From Octopus vulgaris (lineage: Eukaryota): a DNA stretch of 64,000 bases. Where the stretch lies: the NCBI GenBank assembly GCA_951406725.2, contig OX597819.1, forward strand, positions 75,206,001-75,270,000. The letters are read 5' to 3'. Shown piece after piece: positions 13,601-28,330 of this stretch (the stretch's first letter is position 1; each line of letters opens with the position of its first letter). A model generated the notes under the pieces. It made no database searches. It was given only the letters and a program-made list of their open reading frames with translations, and was not told where the DNA came from. Position numbers and translations under genes: made by a program.

Positions 13601-16600
13601 AAAAAAATTGAACACAGTCCTTTTTTTTTTATTTTTTTTATCCCAAACTGTTATCCTCAATGTCAGTATCTAGGGACTTTGAGTAACTAGCTAAATTTAG
13701 TTTAGTTTGCTATTTTGTATGAAAAGAAAATTACTGAGTTTCTCTCATCTGCTACAATTTGGCCTAAGTAGTAGAATTATTCTACTACTAAAGCCAAATT
13801 TCCACTTTATAGCTTCATGATATGTAACACATCAGAAGTTTTAAACAGTAGTTATTTTTCAGTATTGTACTTTTTGTTGTTCTTATCTATTGTTTTCATT
13901 ATGCTCCTTGCACTTGTACAGTTTTTTGGTCTTTTTTTGTTTTTTGCAAAATATGGTTTATATTTTCCCCTAATTAGAAAACTCTTTGTCATAATCAACA
14001 AAATATAAATTTTGTATTTAAAAGAAAGCAGGCTAATATGCTATCCCAGTTTTACAAATTAATCCTGATCTTTGATGACTTGGATCTGTATCTTATCTTT
14101 ACCTCTGCCATTATTATCTAGGTTATTGCTCTTCTGAATCCTTCATTTTATCATCTATCATTCTCGCTTTAAAATTTTTCATCAACTCAGTTATATTCTT
14201 CTAAAACTTGTTCTTGTTTTCTCATCAGCATAAAATTAAAAAGATTTGACAGGAGTGATTTCATGTCAATTAACTATTCCTTATACTTTTTTTTTTTTTT
14301 GGTTGTTCTAAGAGGGAAATATCATTTGTAGTAGTAAAAAGAAAATTATGCAATTAGGCTTAAGCAAGTAGACATATGATCAAAAGCATTCCAACCATGA
14401 CCATCTCATCTATTTTAGTGGTTTGTAGAATCACTTTAATGTCCTTTCTTTAAGATAAGATGTGATTTGTCTGTTACTGTTAGCATACTGAGCAACCTGA
14501 AGTATTGAAAGATTTAATGATTTTAATAAAGTGAAATGGAATATTTCTTTGCAAATGCAAGTTCTTACTTGACTTTGCTTTTGATAGTTAATGGCACTGT
14601 TAATGTTCAGATGACTTTCAACGTGTCTTATAGGTTTGCAAAATTAGGTTTAAATCTCTATATCAACTTGTCAAAATTATGTCATACTTAAATAACAATT
14701 TTTTCTCTTAATTTGCACCTAGTTGCTTTACTTAACTCTTAATAACTAATTCTAAGCCACATAGTCCAAATTGCACCAAATTGTTTTGGTACTTTACAAA
14801 TGCAGTCAAACTCATACTCTAGCTGAAAAGTGCTTTTCAGAAAGTTTAGGCATTGACCGAGTGACCTGACTTTATAAAATAATAAAAACAAAAAAGTCTG
14901 GGCCATGTACAGTGTATTTACTGTATCAGTGGTGACTTGGGACCAGTTGAACCAGTTCAACTTGTAAATCCACGTCATGTACAAAAGTCAGTTTCACCTG
15001 GCAGTCTCAGATGTTTTATGCATTAGATCACCCAGTTATAGTCCCAACATATGTCATATATGCAAAAACCCGTTATTACTTCAAGATCCCACTTCTTTGT
15101 ACTAATCTGGATTTTCAGTTGTTCACCTCATCATTTACACCATCTCTAGAGAGGCCTAGCATGGTTGAGTTTGCTCTCATGAAGATGGATTGCACAACTA
15201 AAAACTAACAAAGGCGCCATTTTTGGAGTGTGATACAATCCAAAGCATGAACACACAAGATTTAGTGACAGCAGTAGTAAGATACTTCAAGCTTGTGCAA
15301 GTCACCACTCATTGTACATGTCTCACAGCTATATAGCTTAATGATGCAAACAAGCAATAAACAGATGTGGATAGTTGTGACTATATGGATCTCTTAGCTA
15401 GATCAAAGCCAGCTTTGAAAACAACAGGAAATGAATTCTTTATTATATACACTAATTTTTTTATCATGTACGCTGAGGAGAATGGATTGGAATGAATTAT
15501 TCATTTAAAAAAAAAATAAGTATTTTACAGGCGTAAATTTTTCTCAACTTAGAAATCTGATTTTCTAAACCTGTATTCTATAAATAAACTCAATCATTTT
15601 TACTTTTCAAACATCTTTGAATTATGAGTAACAACAAAAGTAGAGATATAAACTAAAAGAAAAACAGAAATTGTCTTATGTTTTTGAATTCAACTGTTTT
15701 GGCATCAGTCAATGATAGTAAGGTGATATCTACATCATATATTTTGAACAGAGTTGTGATACTATTTTGTGAATTGTCAAGAGCTTGGAGCTAAATGTTA
15801 AATCTGATATTATTTAATAGTGCTAACATTTTCCCCAATTGTAATTCAGATTTCAAAAGTTTCTATTGGTTCTCTTTCAACAGAATTATATAGCCAGATG
15901 TTATTAATATTAAATCAATATTTGTGAGTAATATATTATCTTCGCTTAACACTTCTATGCTGACAATTGGCTCCAAATAGATTTGCTTTTGACACGACTC
16001 TCTCATTTTTTTATGTATCTTGTTTATGTATTTTTCTACTTAATATATATAATAAAGTCTTTTATTTGAAATTTAACAAATATAATTGCATTGATGGTTT
16101 ATTGATCTCAAGATTATGAAACTGATTTGGTTCTTCAACCACTAATTCAATTGGTTTCTGCTTTTATTTGTCATTTTTCAAAAAAGAAAAAGTTGTGTAG
16201 CAAGCCATAATCTACCCCATTGGTAAAACATTGATAGTGTAGAACAAAGAGCTTAAAAGCTAAAACTTACTTTGTTCCTCTAGATGATCAAAACAGTCCA
16301 AATTAATAAATGTACATATGGTGCATTCGTTTGTAGAAACTAGACGAAAACAACTGTGAGTAGTACTTCTAAGTTGCTACTTGGGTAGTAATAAGCTAAA
16401 AGAAAATGAAGTGCTACAGAGTGCAGTTAAGATTTAGTGTTGATCATCATCATCATCAATTTTTGTTTTTTCTGTATTGGTATTAGTTAGATTAGACATT
16501 CTGAGGTAGTTTTCTGCTGCCAGATGGCCATCCTGATACCATTTTTTGCTTTCAAATAGGCTCTTTATTCCTTTTACATACTGAACCCCTAGATGTTGGA

Positions 16601-16639
16601 CATATTGTTTGTATGGGACATAAAATATCATTGCTCGTC

Positions 16640-16865
16640 TAGTGACGTCAGTGTGAAGGCAAATAGATATAGATGCACAAACACAGACGTATACACATAT
16701 TCAGTGGGCTTCCATAGTTTTCCATCTACCAAATTATTCATAAGACAGTCATCAGCCCAAAGCTATATGGGAACATTTGCCCATGTTGCCGTGCAGAAAT
16801 CATACTTGAAATCAAGTGGTTGGAAAATGAACCTCTTTAATCCACACAGCCATTCATGTACCTAT
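16640..16865 (-). mobile_element. tRNA-headed SINE
   Basis: Reverse complement of the family head (CCACACAGCCATTC at the right end). Confidence 0.65.
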
Positions 16866-17069
16866 TAAGAGAAATATATCAAAAGGTTTTGTGTGGTGGT
16901 GGTGAGAGGTGCTTGTGTATTATGGCAGCAATTAAACATCATTCAGCATGTATAGGCTTGATCTTCTATTAACTGATCAGTTTTATTTCATAATGTTTAG
17001 ATTTTCATTGTTATTGTAAATGAATATTCAGTGCATTGACTCTAAATTTGTAGAGAACATGTGTGTGTG

Positions 17070-17460
17070 TGTGTGTGGTTGTGTAGTTAAGCTTGCATTT
17101 CAACCAAGTAGTCTAGCATTCAGTCTCACTACTCTGCCCTTTGGGCATATGTCTTTTACTATAGCTCCAGGGCCAATTAAATCCTTATGAGTAGAGTTGG
17201 TAGACAGAAACTGCAAGCAACCTGTCATATGTTATTGTATACTCTTGTCTAGACATCATGTGATGGTTGTAAATGAGTATTCTTATGATATGAGGTTTTA
17301 TTCCCAGTCTTTTGTGGAATCCTGTCTTGCTGTGAGAATATATTACCTCGTTTGAAAACTGGTGAAGATTGATTACATGGAAGAGCATCCAGCTATAGAA
17401 AATCTACCTCAACAAATTCTAACTCTTGCAAGCATGGAAAAGTGGTCATTAAATGATGGT
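17070..17460 (+). mobile_element. tRNA-headed SINE, near full length
   Basis: Head GGTTGTGTAGTTAAG, core CCTTATGAGTAGAGTTGGTAGACAGAAACTG, tail GGAAGAGCATCCAGC...GCATGGAAAAGTGG. Confidence 0.75.
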
Positions 17461-17574
17461 ACACAGTTGAGAATCAAAGAACATTGCATTTATTATCTTA
17501 ATGGAATAAGAAAACTAAGTGAATTCTAGTAGAATTTGACAAAATTAAATGCTTGCCTTATTACAAATATGAAT

Positions 17575-17785
17575 GGTTTCTAATTTAGGCCTAAAGCTAT
17601 CAATTTTCACAGGAGGGGATTAGTTGATACCATTGACTCCAGTATGTGACTGATGCTCTATTTTATGAACACTGAGAATAAAAGGCAAGGTTGACCTTGT
17701 CAAGATTAACTCTGAATACAAAGAGTCAGTAGAAATACCACAAAGCATTTTCCCATTACTCAAAATTATTCTTTCAGCTCACCTT
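17575..17785 (-). mobile_element. Nin/Deu-domain-like SINE
   Basis: AAAGGCAAGGTTGACCTTG core and ATTGACTCCAGTATGTGACTG shared with the 31712 copy. Confidence 0.7.
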
Positions 17786-17819
17786 GCAATAGCTTAGTTG
17801 GTAGAGCAGAGGACTGTAG
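17782..17819 (+). pseudogene. 5' half of tRNA-Tyr(GTA), decayed
   Basis: CCTTGCAATAGCTTAGTTGGTAGAGCAGAGGACTGTAG vs eukaryotic tRNA-Tyr CCTTCGATAGCTCAGTTGGTAGAGCGGAGGACTGTAG; no T-arm or 3' half follows. Confidence 0.75.
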
Positions 17820-19014
17820 TATTGTAGTTTCATATGTTATTGCCAAGAATAAGTGTTTGATTTAAATGTTTCATATTTTTAGAGACAAAAATGAATGTTC
17901 AGAGCTTTCATATTTCCCAAAGGCTTTAATTGCATAAAGAATGTGGTTCCAAATTAGAATTAGAAATCTGGGACTTCTCACAATAACATACAACAAAGCT
18001 CTTGATAGTATTATGATTTATTATTTTGTAATGAGATTGAAGAATCAGAATTTGCACATGCAATATAAAGTTATGCTATGAGCAGTGCATATTATTATAA
18101 GGTGCATTAAAATTAAGCTTTCTAGTTTCATTAGTACTATGGTTTCAAGATTCGCCATTTTCATCAGCTTAATATTAAATGTGAATTATTGACTGAACAA
18201 AAGTTTTCAATTCTAGCACAAATTGATCTTTTAAGGATGTTTATTTTGTTATTATGATGAACCAGGTATCTTAAAGAGGGAACCTCTCTGTGATCATTTG
18301 ACATGCCAGAAAAAATAAATTTCCCTAAAATTATATACCTTTGCCTTAAGGAAGAGTGCAGTAGATAATATAATTATAGATAGCTGAATAATAAAGTTGC
18401 TGCAGGAATACGTATCAGAGATGACAGCCACTATTAGTATCTTAAGACTGAACAAATAAATAGAATGCAACTTTTAAATTGAGGATTATAAATTTGAAAA
18501 TGTTTTTCTTATTGGAATCATGTATAATTGCCATATTGATTTTTTTTTGTCTTATCTATTTTTGTTATTTCATTCAGCAATAATGTTTTGAATATTTGTA
18601 TTCATTATTTTATCAGCCTTCAGTTTTTTTATTGTTGCTGCTTTAAATGCTGAAGGGCAATGCTTTTTGAATGTTTATCAAAGCTGTCACTTTCCAAGTG
18701 AATTGACTTTTAAATATCATTTCATTAAATCTTTATTTAAATAAAAATAAATCCTTTAATTTGCCTAAATGTTATTAAGTTAAACATTTTCTTCATGTAA
18801 TTATCAGTACTTGAAAATGTTAGTGCTGGTAGCCTTTTAATAAAAGACTTCAGTTTTTCTTCCATTGTTTATAGATTTTTCAAAAATTATCAACTTTTTG
18901 GTGTAGGTCTAGTGTCATGTTCTGTATATATTTAGTAGTGGCTTGAAATAATTATATCATATATTGCAATTCTTATTCAGTATTTATTCACCATTTCATT
19001 TAACAATTTTACCA

Positions 19015-19217
19015 CATAAAAGCACCCATTCTGGCACAATGTTAAAAGCATCCAGTTCACTCTGTATAGTTGTTGGCATCAGGAAGGGCATCCAGCTGTA
19101 GAAATCATGCCAAAACAGACAAAATAGAGCTTGGGTAGCTCTCCAGCTGACCAGCTCCTGTCAAATCGTCCAACCCATGCCAGCATGGAGAATGGATGCT
19201 AAATGATAATGATGATA
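19015..19217 (+). mobile_element. SINE/LINE shared tail module (GGAAGGGCATCCAGC type)
   Basis: AAAAGCATCCAGTTCACTCTGT...GGAAGGGCATCCAGCTGTAGAAA...CCAACCCATGCCAGCATGG...(GAT)n; same module near 24705, 39330, 39632(-), 40710(-), 41335, 58135 and 60480. Confidence 0.8.
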
Positions 19218-19714
19218 TGGATTGTCTGATGACAATAATGCAGATATTGAAAAGCATTATACAAGTAATATATTGTATGTGCCAGTATATGGAATTAAGT
19301 TTAAAGTTCACCCCCAATGCAGAAAGAACAAATCAATGACGGAGGCTTTACAAGGTAACACAACCTATTAGAAATAGCAGCCAAATCTTAGCTCATACCC
19401 TGCCATAAAAAGGAACAAAGAGTGACATGTTGGGTAAATTAATCAGGAGATATACAGCTTTTTATTTCTATTTTTTTATTGGGGCTAACCTGGTATTAAT
19501 GACTGAGAGAAAAATTCTATTTTGATTAATTTCTTCTCAGATATTTTTGATCTAATTGTAATATTGCAGATCTAGTTTTTGCTTTAATTTTCAGCTCTGC
19601 AATACTATCAGACATTTCAGATCTAATATGAATTATCAATGCTAAAGGTTAAGCTTAGAATTGAAAGTGGTCATGAGGTTGCTATTCTATCGAAGAATGT
19701 CAACATTCATAAAT

Positions 19715-20128
19715 GGAGATGTTTTAAAGAACACCACATTTAATTTAATGTCCATTTTTTTATGCTTGAATCGGACAGAATTTATTGAGGCAGATTTTCT
19801 ATGACTGGATTCCCTTCCTGTCACCAGCCCCCATCTGTTTCCAAGCAAGGTAATATTTCCCCCCATAGCTAGACATTTATCCTGGAAGGCTGAAAATGAA
19901 CAATCCTGATTGACAGTGATCTCATGCAACTATGATGTCTAGTCAAGGATATACATGTACACACAAAAAGAGCTTCTTTCAATTCTCATTTACCAAATCT
20001 ACACAAAAGGCTTTGGTCAGCCCAGGGCCATAGCAGAAGACACTTGCCCAAGGTTCCATGCAGGGACTGAACCCAAGATAACATGGTTGGGAAGCAAGCT
20101 TCTTAACCACACTACCATACCTGCACCT
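19715..20128 (-). mobile_element. tRNA-headed SINE, near full length
   Basis: rc of head at 20040-20128 (GGGACTGAACC box B, CTTCTTAACCACAC box A region) and rc of tail at 19740-19850. Confidence 0.8.
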
Positions 20129-23100
20129 ACCTATTTGTAGAAAGTAGTATTTATGGATAATAGCAGATAAGTACTCTTAAAACTAGTTTTTGATTTGGGG
20201 TTGCTTTGAATCTATAAGTTGCTTGGTATTAAGAAGTCTATCTACTCACAAACTTTTACTCTGGTCACACATTGTCTAGTGCATATGTGATACTTCACTA
20301 GATTTGATATGGTCACAGATGTATTTCATTTGAAAGAGCATATCATAATAGGAAAAATGAAATATAGATGTTGCTGGTAAGGTGAGTTTCTTTGTCAAGA
20401 TACTGTTTTGGACTGAAAAATAGGGAAGAATAAACCATTTAAAAAGTATGGTTGCTGAGGTATGAACACTGTTCAAAACTCAAACCTAATTTAAGAAAAA
20501 ATCTAGCAAATATAGTCTAAAGTGTGAAAGCTAGGAAAGTTTAAAGATTCTTTTTAGACTGGAGCAATGGATAAGACAGCTGATATTTAGGATGAACTTC
20601 TTCAGAGAAAGGTTTAATTTCATGAAATAAATTTCTGCAAGCAATTTGGAATAAGTGCTGGTTGAGGAAAGACCAAGGTTCCTCCCTCCCCCTATTATCT
20701 CTGCAAAAATTTCAATTAGGTACAATGTCAGTTTGGTTTCAGTGGCCAGTGTCTATGAAGACTTTCATTTGTCTGCAGACTCCATTTGTCTTCTAGTAAC
20801 CATTTGAGAAAAGTAGGCTACCAGAAATGCTTTGTGTTGTTTGGATCTAATTCCACTGCATATTCTTTTGTGCACTACTTGTTCTAGAGGAACATCTTGT
20901 GTTGGAGCTCACCGAAGTCTTTGCCACATTAAGCAAATATTTACCAGTCTATAACAGGTTATTACCACCACCCACATTCCATGATAACCTCTGAACTTGG
21001 AATTGCCCGTCTTATGAAAAACTATATTTTATTTATTGCTTTCTCCTAAAGTGGAAAATTCTACCTTGTGTCACTTCTTTAAATGAACTGGGTCATTTAT
21101 TGTTAATTGAATTTCTTGATGAGGATAGTGCTGATAGCCTAACAAATTTTGCCACTTGTACTGTTTGTTAACAATATTTTTTTTTAAATAGCAATTTTAA
21201 AAAAAACTTCATGAAGACTAAAATTCAATTTGAGTAAATTGAAATTGTGTTGTTTACTTACGGAAATTTAAGATTAGCTTTGGTACAATTCTTATTACTG
21301 TTTGAAGGTTTACTATAAATATTTCGGTGTAAAGTTACTTACATTTGACCTGTAGTGTTTCTATATATTATAGTGATTTCTTTAACATTTAATCTTTGGT
21401 AAATAGAATTTTTGAAGAATGCTTACAACACTTAAAGCTGAGTAAACAATTCATCAAGTCAGAACCAATTGGTAATTTTTGTATAATACACGTAATTGTT
21501 GATTATATAACTGTGCGTGTGTACATGCGTGCGCACGCACACACAGCTTTTTCATAAAGTAATTGTTCTATTTAATTCACATGCTGTCAAATGTCACCAG
21601 ATTCTCAATGAAGGAAATGGTAGTGGCCTTCATTGATAAATGTATATCTAGCAGAAAAATTAATATTAGTGCTGAACACAATGTAAATATAAAAGACTGC
21701 AAATATGCTAAGTGTGTGGGTGTGTATAATGGTTGGGACAAAATATTGAGATTTCAGAAGATAGGTCCTGGGCATTTTGTGTGCATTAGTAGATTTGGTA
21801 CAACCAAAGGGAAAGCTTCACTTCTTTTGGTATAACATTTTGCATAATTTGTAAAAAGCTTTGTTAATATGAGCTGTATGATCATATGTTTCTGAAATGT
21901 GATAGTGTTTTTGACAGAGTTAGTGTATCACAAGAGCTTTTTTGGTGGGATTTGGTCATACAGTTACATATTTCCATATTTGTTTTGGTTGTGTGCATGT
22001 ATATTGCATTATTTCATGATTACTACTGAAATGCTATCTTATTTTTGTGAATTTAATGGTATTTTGGGGTAAAGGATTTAGCAAGTTGGTCTGCTGGGAG
22101 AATGTGGTTAAAGATTTTTCTTGTTTGGTATGAAAGATAATGTAGGTTAATGAATGTATGTCAATGCTGCTAATCCCACCGGATTGAGCTGGTAAGGACA
22201 GAATTCATATTGAGATAGAATTTTTCATCTGGAGGCAATAGATTTATGCTTTCTCTTAGCAACAATTTCAGATAGTGTTGAAAATATTGTCATTGGTAAA
22301 AGATATTTATGTATCTCAGAAGAAATCATTCTCAATAGCTATTTATGGAAAAGAATGTCTAACTTCATTAAATATCTCCAAATCATTTCATCTTTGTTGT
22401 TACTTATCCACGTTTTGTAATCATAGGTTGCTTGGAAAGGTAGGCTAATCAGTTGCTTGTTGCATTCATGGTTGTTATTGACTTAGGGTTTTTTTTCTTT
22501 TTATGCTTCATATTCACAAATATAATTCCTATATCTTGTTTTGCCTAAGAAGAGAAAGGTTTTAGAAACATAATCTTTATAAAATTTTGAATTTCAAAAA
22601 TGACCTTGAGAATGTGGTAAATATAATCATGTAACTTCAGTAGAATTCATTAGCTTTGATGTTGATGGAAGTGGTCAGTTAGTTGGTTCTGCAAATTCAG
22701 GCACTGTTGGAACCAGTTTGTATTTTGAGAATAAGAAATTTTAGGGTTTGTAAGCCTCAACTCTTGAATTACTCAACTTTTTGTTATAAGAGTTAGCCAA
22801 GGTAGCAGGATGAAGTCTTTTACAAAACAGATTTTAAGGCTAGTCACCACCCATATAGCGATTTATGGATGCTGGTAAATTAATTGATCTTATCTTGTCA
22901 TTTTTTCCCCTTACATACATACATTAAGAAATTGCCATGTTTATACATTTTCCAACTGCTGACATTCATATCTCATTTTAATATTTTCCATGAAAATGGT
23001 GTTGATTGATACAAAATTTTACTTTCCCTACTTATGGTTTTAATTTAAATATGCAAGAATATTATACGATGTTTGATTGGTAACACAAACATAAAAGTAA

Positions 23101-24704
23101 TCTTATAAATTGATCAGCCAAATATTTTATGCTAAAAAGGATGGCTAAAAGAAATGTCATGTATTATGAATTGATCACATTATAAACTAAGGAAAAACTA
23201 TTTTAATTTTAAATTTTTACTTGTATAATTTTAGGAAGAAAATAGATGTTTAAATTATTTTATGAAAATTAAAATTCTATATATTTTTCAAATGTCAAAG
23301 ATTGTTCAACCCGTGCTAGCATGGAAAATGGACGTTAAACGATGATGATGATGTTCCAATTTTAGAATGTTAATTATACATTCTATAAAGCAGACCATAG
23401 AAATATTTAGATATTCTTACCTTCTAGCCAGTTTTAAAAATTTGCATTTTTTGTTATAAATCGAGTAAAGTCTTGTGAATCCCATGCCTTCTCTTTAGCA
23501 AATTTTCATAATTAGCTTCATAAAAAGCCTGACAATGTCAAATTGAAATGTCCGAAGTGCAACAATCAATAATAAAACAACACTACTTTCAGGTTCTGTG
23601 TGTTATCAGTCTCTTTCATATCATTATATGTTAAAAACAGTTGATGTTGTATTATTGGTTTATAACAAATCCATGTCCTGACACTCATACAAAACTGTTC
23701 TTGAGTACAGTTATTTTATTCTCGAGCAGAAATAATTTGTAAATCAATATTGTATTTGTAGTGTATCTACAGTGAACTGCAGTATTTTTCTAAGGCTGTT
23801 TAGCATTCTTCTGCTACTAGCTTTGCTGTTGTAATAACACATAGTAGTTGCACAGCTGGCAAGATAGTCGGGTAGGTTATGTTGTTAGAATGACTTAAGT
23901 CATAATGATTTATTCCAAAAGGCATATTTTATGGTACTTAGAAGCATTTATATATAGTGAATTACATTCTAAAACTCAGAGCTTTTCACAAAATGATAAC
24001 TAAGATTTAATTAAATACCAACAAAGTAATTCCAGACTAATTTACAAGTAAATCTCACCAAATATGACTGTTACTTATGGATATAGATTTTATACCAGTA
24101 TGTGGAACTGCTGATGATATATATTTCTATTGAAACAAGTTTATCATTTTGCAAACCGCTGTTACTTCTATTAATGATTTCTTAGCTATGAGATAGAGTG
24201 AAGAAAGATCTTTGGGCCTCACAAATTAGATGACACACGATTGAAACAAGTGGTGATATGCTGTATGAGGGACTCAGCATGGAAAACGGACATGATATTC
24301 GTCTAAAGCTTGTTTAATAGAATCTCAAGTACAGAAATTTAAGTTCAGTGAGAAAACTAGGTATAGTGGGCTACTCCTTAAAAACTGCTTAGCCATTTGG
24401 GGTTGAAATTAAGAGAATTGTAATGGTTATTTATCTTCTCTGTTCAGTTCATAAGTTTTTCAGATTACCATGGACATATTCCCAGGTCAGTTCTGATGGA
24501 ACAGACTGATGATCAAATGCATGTCAGTTGTGACCAGTCTTTTACTCGTGTTCACAGAACTCAGGATTATGTCAAACATATCATTTTCTATGATGGCTGA
24601 GTGTCATTTGTGGACAACTGAATACTATTTTTAGCAAGTTAAACGACTGCATAGAAGTTTCTTCGTTGATTAGCCACCAGTGCCCCCTCCCCTCTTAACA
24701 GATC

Positions 24705-25006
24705 TTTGTCTTGCAAGTTACTTGATGACCCTGCCAGTGCTGGTGCAATGTAAAAAGCATCCAGTCCACACTGTAAAGTGTTTGGTGTTTGGCAGGGTAT
24801 CTAGTTGTAAAAACCATGCCAAAACTGACCTTATTTGTGCTTGTGCCATGTGAAAAGCACTCAGTCCACTCTGCTGGGTGGTTAGTGTTAGGAAGGGCAT
24901 CCAGCCATAAAAAGGCCATGCCAAAACAGAAGTCTAATGCAGTCTTCTGCCTGGTCAACTCCTATCAAACCTATGCCAGCATGGAAGGTGGATGTTAAAT
25001 GATGAT
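24705..25006 (+). mobile_element. Tail module with internal tandem duplication
   Basis: Two successive AAAAGCA..CAGTCCAC.CT...AAAA..CCATGCCAAAAC.GA units, then the GCCAGCATGG tail. Confidence 0.75.
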
Positions 25007-26704
25007 AAGCTCCCTTCACCCATTACAACTTTTATCTACTGATGACATGGATTGCATTATAGAATCAGTGAGTTCTTGGAATTTGAAAAAGTACACCTGA
25101 GATTGTCTATTAGAAAGCTTGACCAAATTACAAAAGTACTAGATAACCTCAGGCCCATAAAGGCTTCAAGCAAATTGTCTTAATGGGTATGCAAGAAAGG
25201 CAAGGATTCAGTATTGAGTTGGTGCAAATAATAGATGCCTGCACAAATTTTCAGCAATTTTGAGCCAGAATTTTATAAGTATTGTAGTAGCTTACAGCAG
25301 AAGTATCTATAAATTCTAAGCCTTGTATTGCTTGGTTGGCCTGGTGGAAGTTACTAAATTGTTAAATTTTGTATTAGTTTGTGCTGGAGGTAAAAATAGC
25401 CAAATGATTTTAGTGAGGAGTGCATTTTAATAAATTGCTAATCATGTAAACAAACATTTAGTAGGCTGGGGGCAGTTTCCTTTTAAGAGACATTTCTAAG
25501 ATGTGTATGATGTTGAATATCATAATATGAATAGTGAATCTGCAGCTGTTTGAGAGGAATATGATTTCTTGTATGTGCAGTAACTTATATAGTGGACTTG
25601 ACATTAGGTTTGGTTGATATAAACAAAAGAGACAGTTGCATTAATACGATCCTATACAAAAAAAAAAAATAGTCGTGGATGTAGCTTGAGGTGAGATCAG
25701 AAAACATTTGGTAACCTCACAGATAAAATGTAAGCATGTAATGCATGGTGAAATACTGTATTGTAAATATATCCAATCTCTATCGATATTGATAAATAAT
25801 AAAAATGATTTGATAGTTTAAAATTACATTTTTACCCTGAATTTTTTTTTAAGTATGTAGAATCACATATGGACAAATATCATTGCATTAGATGCAAACA
25901 AGCTGCATAAAGGCACCTAAAAAGTTATTGGGTGGTAATAATTTGAATTGCTTTTGTTCTTGAAATGTCAGTTTTTATGGAATGACTTTGCAAATGGTCA
26001 TTAATCTTTGAAGCAGATCTATGATCAAAATTCATTTCAACTGTAACCATCCCTTTTTCTTTCAAGTAAAATGTACCCAATCTGCAATAGCCTCCTTTTT
26101 TTCTTCTTTTTTTTTAACTCTTTAAAAGATGTTATTTGAAAGATTAGGTTATTAATTCTAGCAGATTAAATTGCTATGTAAAAACTCTCTCAGCTCTCTA
26201 CATTATTAGTCAGCATTATTGGTTGTACTTCACAATTTTCCAGAAATTACAAAATAATGATTTATTTACCTTGGTTTTTAACTAAGCTGCAAGAATAATT
26301 TGGCTGGAAACTGCTGCAAAAAAAAAAATTAATAAAAAAGATATAGCTGTTTCAGCAATTCTTTTTTTTATTTTCCTGTTGTTTAACCATACATTCTTTT
26401 TTATACTCAACCAATTTTAATCAAGTTTGTTTTGGTGAGGAAATATATAATTCCTGGTTCTATCAAAGAACAAAATCTTTTGTCCATATTTTTTTTTTTA
26501 ATTTACATGTAGAACAGCTGTTAGTTTTTGTTTTTCTAATTAACTACTCTGTCAGGAAAGTAGCTAAACATGTGGATTCTTATCAGTGCTATAGCATTAT
26601 TAGTTCCACCTGAAGCTGTTCATTAGACACAATATGGTAGGCATTTAATTTTAGCTTTGATAACATTTGATCTGAATATCAATTATGTTGATTAATGCTG
26701 ATAT

Positions 26705-26915
26705 TCAACCCTAAGTCAGCCCTGTTTGAACAGACCTATGATCAGAAATTTACAGCCTTGATCATTGCATATTTCTACATATGCGGAGCTACATTATAAA
26801 TGTATTCTCTCTTTTTTATGTTATTGTTTTGTTTTTTAAGACAATGAGATGTAGTTTGGAGATTGTTCCTATTTCTAGCACTTTGTGCAACCATTTAGAG
26901 GATTCTGCAATGACT
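26705..26915 (+). repeat. Old interspersed repeat family; related copies near 14360, 18265(-), 19350(-), 24480, 26005 and 28575
   Basis: Recurring CAGACCTATGATCA...CCATGACCATC...CTATTTCTAGCA motif order. Confidence 0.55.
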
Positions 26916-27274
26916 AATGTTTAGCATGTAGCTTAAAAATAGTATTGCAATGAAACACTTTGAAAGTAAAATGATTTGATAGAGGAACTACCTTAATTGA
27001 TATGGTTTGTCAAGCTGATCCTTGAGAAATCAAAGTTTTGCTCCTGTTGACTTGTATCTCTGAGGCAACATTATGTAATATAATTTGATATTGTGTTGTT
27101 AATTCGAGTATTATTTCTGAGTATTTGAGCCATCACCCTTTCAAACAGTGTTTCTCATGAGAGGTGGGTATACTGTGAGGATTGAATAGAGAGCTGACAA
27201 ATTGACAGGTTTCCAATTAAGATGGATTCTTAAATATTTAAAACTTGTCTGGCATCATATCCAAAAAAAAAATA

Positions 27275-28330
27275 CTGTAAAAACCCATGTAATTTATGCA
27301 CTTTTTTTCGCAAAAACAAAAATAAACTTTAGTCGGTGCATAAATTACATGAGTAGATCGTTTCTAGAATTTTTTTGAAATTTTGTTGAGAAAAGATGGA
27401 CAAAACATAAACATTTGTACTGGAAGTTGACTCATTTAATGCCAGAAAAGGTTTTTACAGAAAAAATAATGGCTTAAATACACATAATGAAGTTGACTTT
27501 TATTTATGCTGGACAGTATAATGCTTACTTTTTCTGTATAAATTTACTAAAGCCATCAACTGGTTAACTAGTTTTTGAAGTCTAACGTTCATGCTAGCAA
27601 ACACAGTCCCAGCTATATTTTACATTGCTTGGAGTTTCCACCTATCGCAATGGAGCACATATTTAATTCCTCCTTCGCAGTAAATGATTCATAAGTTCTG
27701 CCCATACTGGCAATAATGGTAATGACAAATTTTAAGTTTGCTTGACATTTTATAAGTGTGAAAAGGATTAAAATTTCATATCAAAGGTTCCAACAAGAAT
27801 AGGCGGAAAAGAATTCTGTTTACATAATCAGCTTGATCGGTCACCTTCCTCTGTCAGTTCAGAAAAGTGTCATCCAAGCTGATGTTTATTGGTAATTAAA
27901 CTTAATTTGCAACACCTGCATGTATTTATCAGCTTTGTTTTTGTTGGTAATTCTCAACAACTTTTCCTGTGATAATGATTTGAGAAGACATACAGTAGTA
28001 TACTAAAGATCGGGCATAATCTCTTGTGGGCAAGAAATGTAAAATAAAGTTATAAACAACACAAACACTTTGTAATTTAATAAGTTTCAATGTGATACTT
28101 GTTAAACAGAAATTATTTTTATTTAATGAAAATTTAATAAAATCTAATCAGAAGTGAAATTATGCTAAACACAACTAAATTGAAAATTTTTTTTTCCCCT
28201 AGCTATATTGACAATTCTGAAAACTTTTAGGTGCAAATTTTACATGAGTAGAAGCTTTTTTTAACAAATTTTATCCTGAAAATGACCTGCGTAAATTACA
28301 CAGGTGTGTCACTTACATGGGTTTTTACAG
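27275..28330. mobile_element. Non-autonomous Tc1/mariner-superfamily (pogo-like) DNA transposon, 1056 bp
   Basis: Perfect 18-bp TIR CTGTAAAAACCCATGTAA...TTACATGGGTTTTTACAG, TA on both sides; subterminal repeats GGTGCA..TTACATGAGTAGA near 27335 and 28230. Confidence 0.88.
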
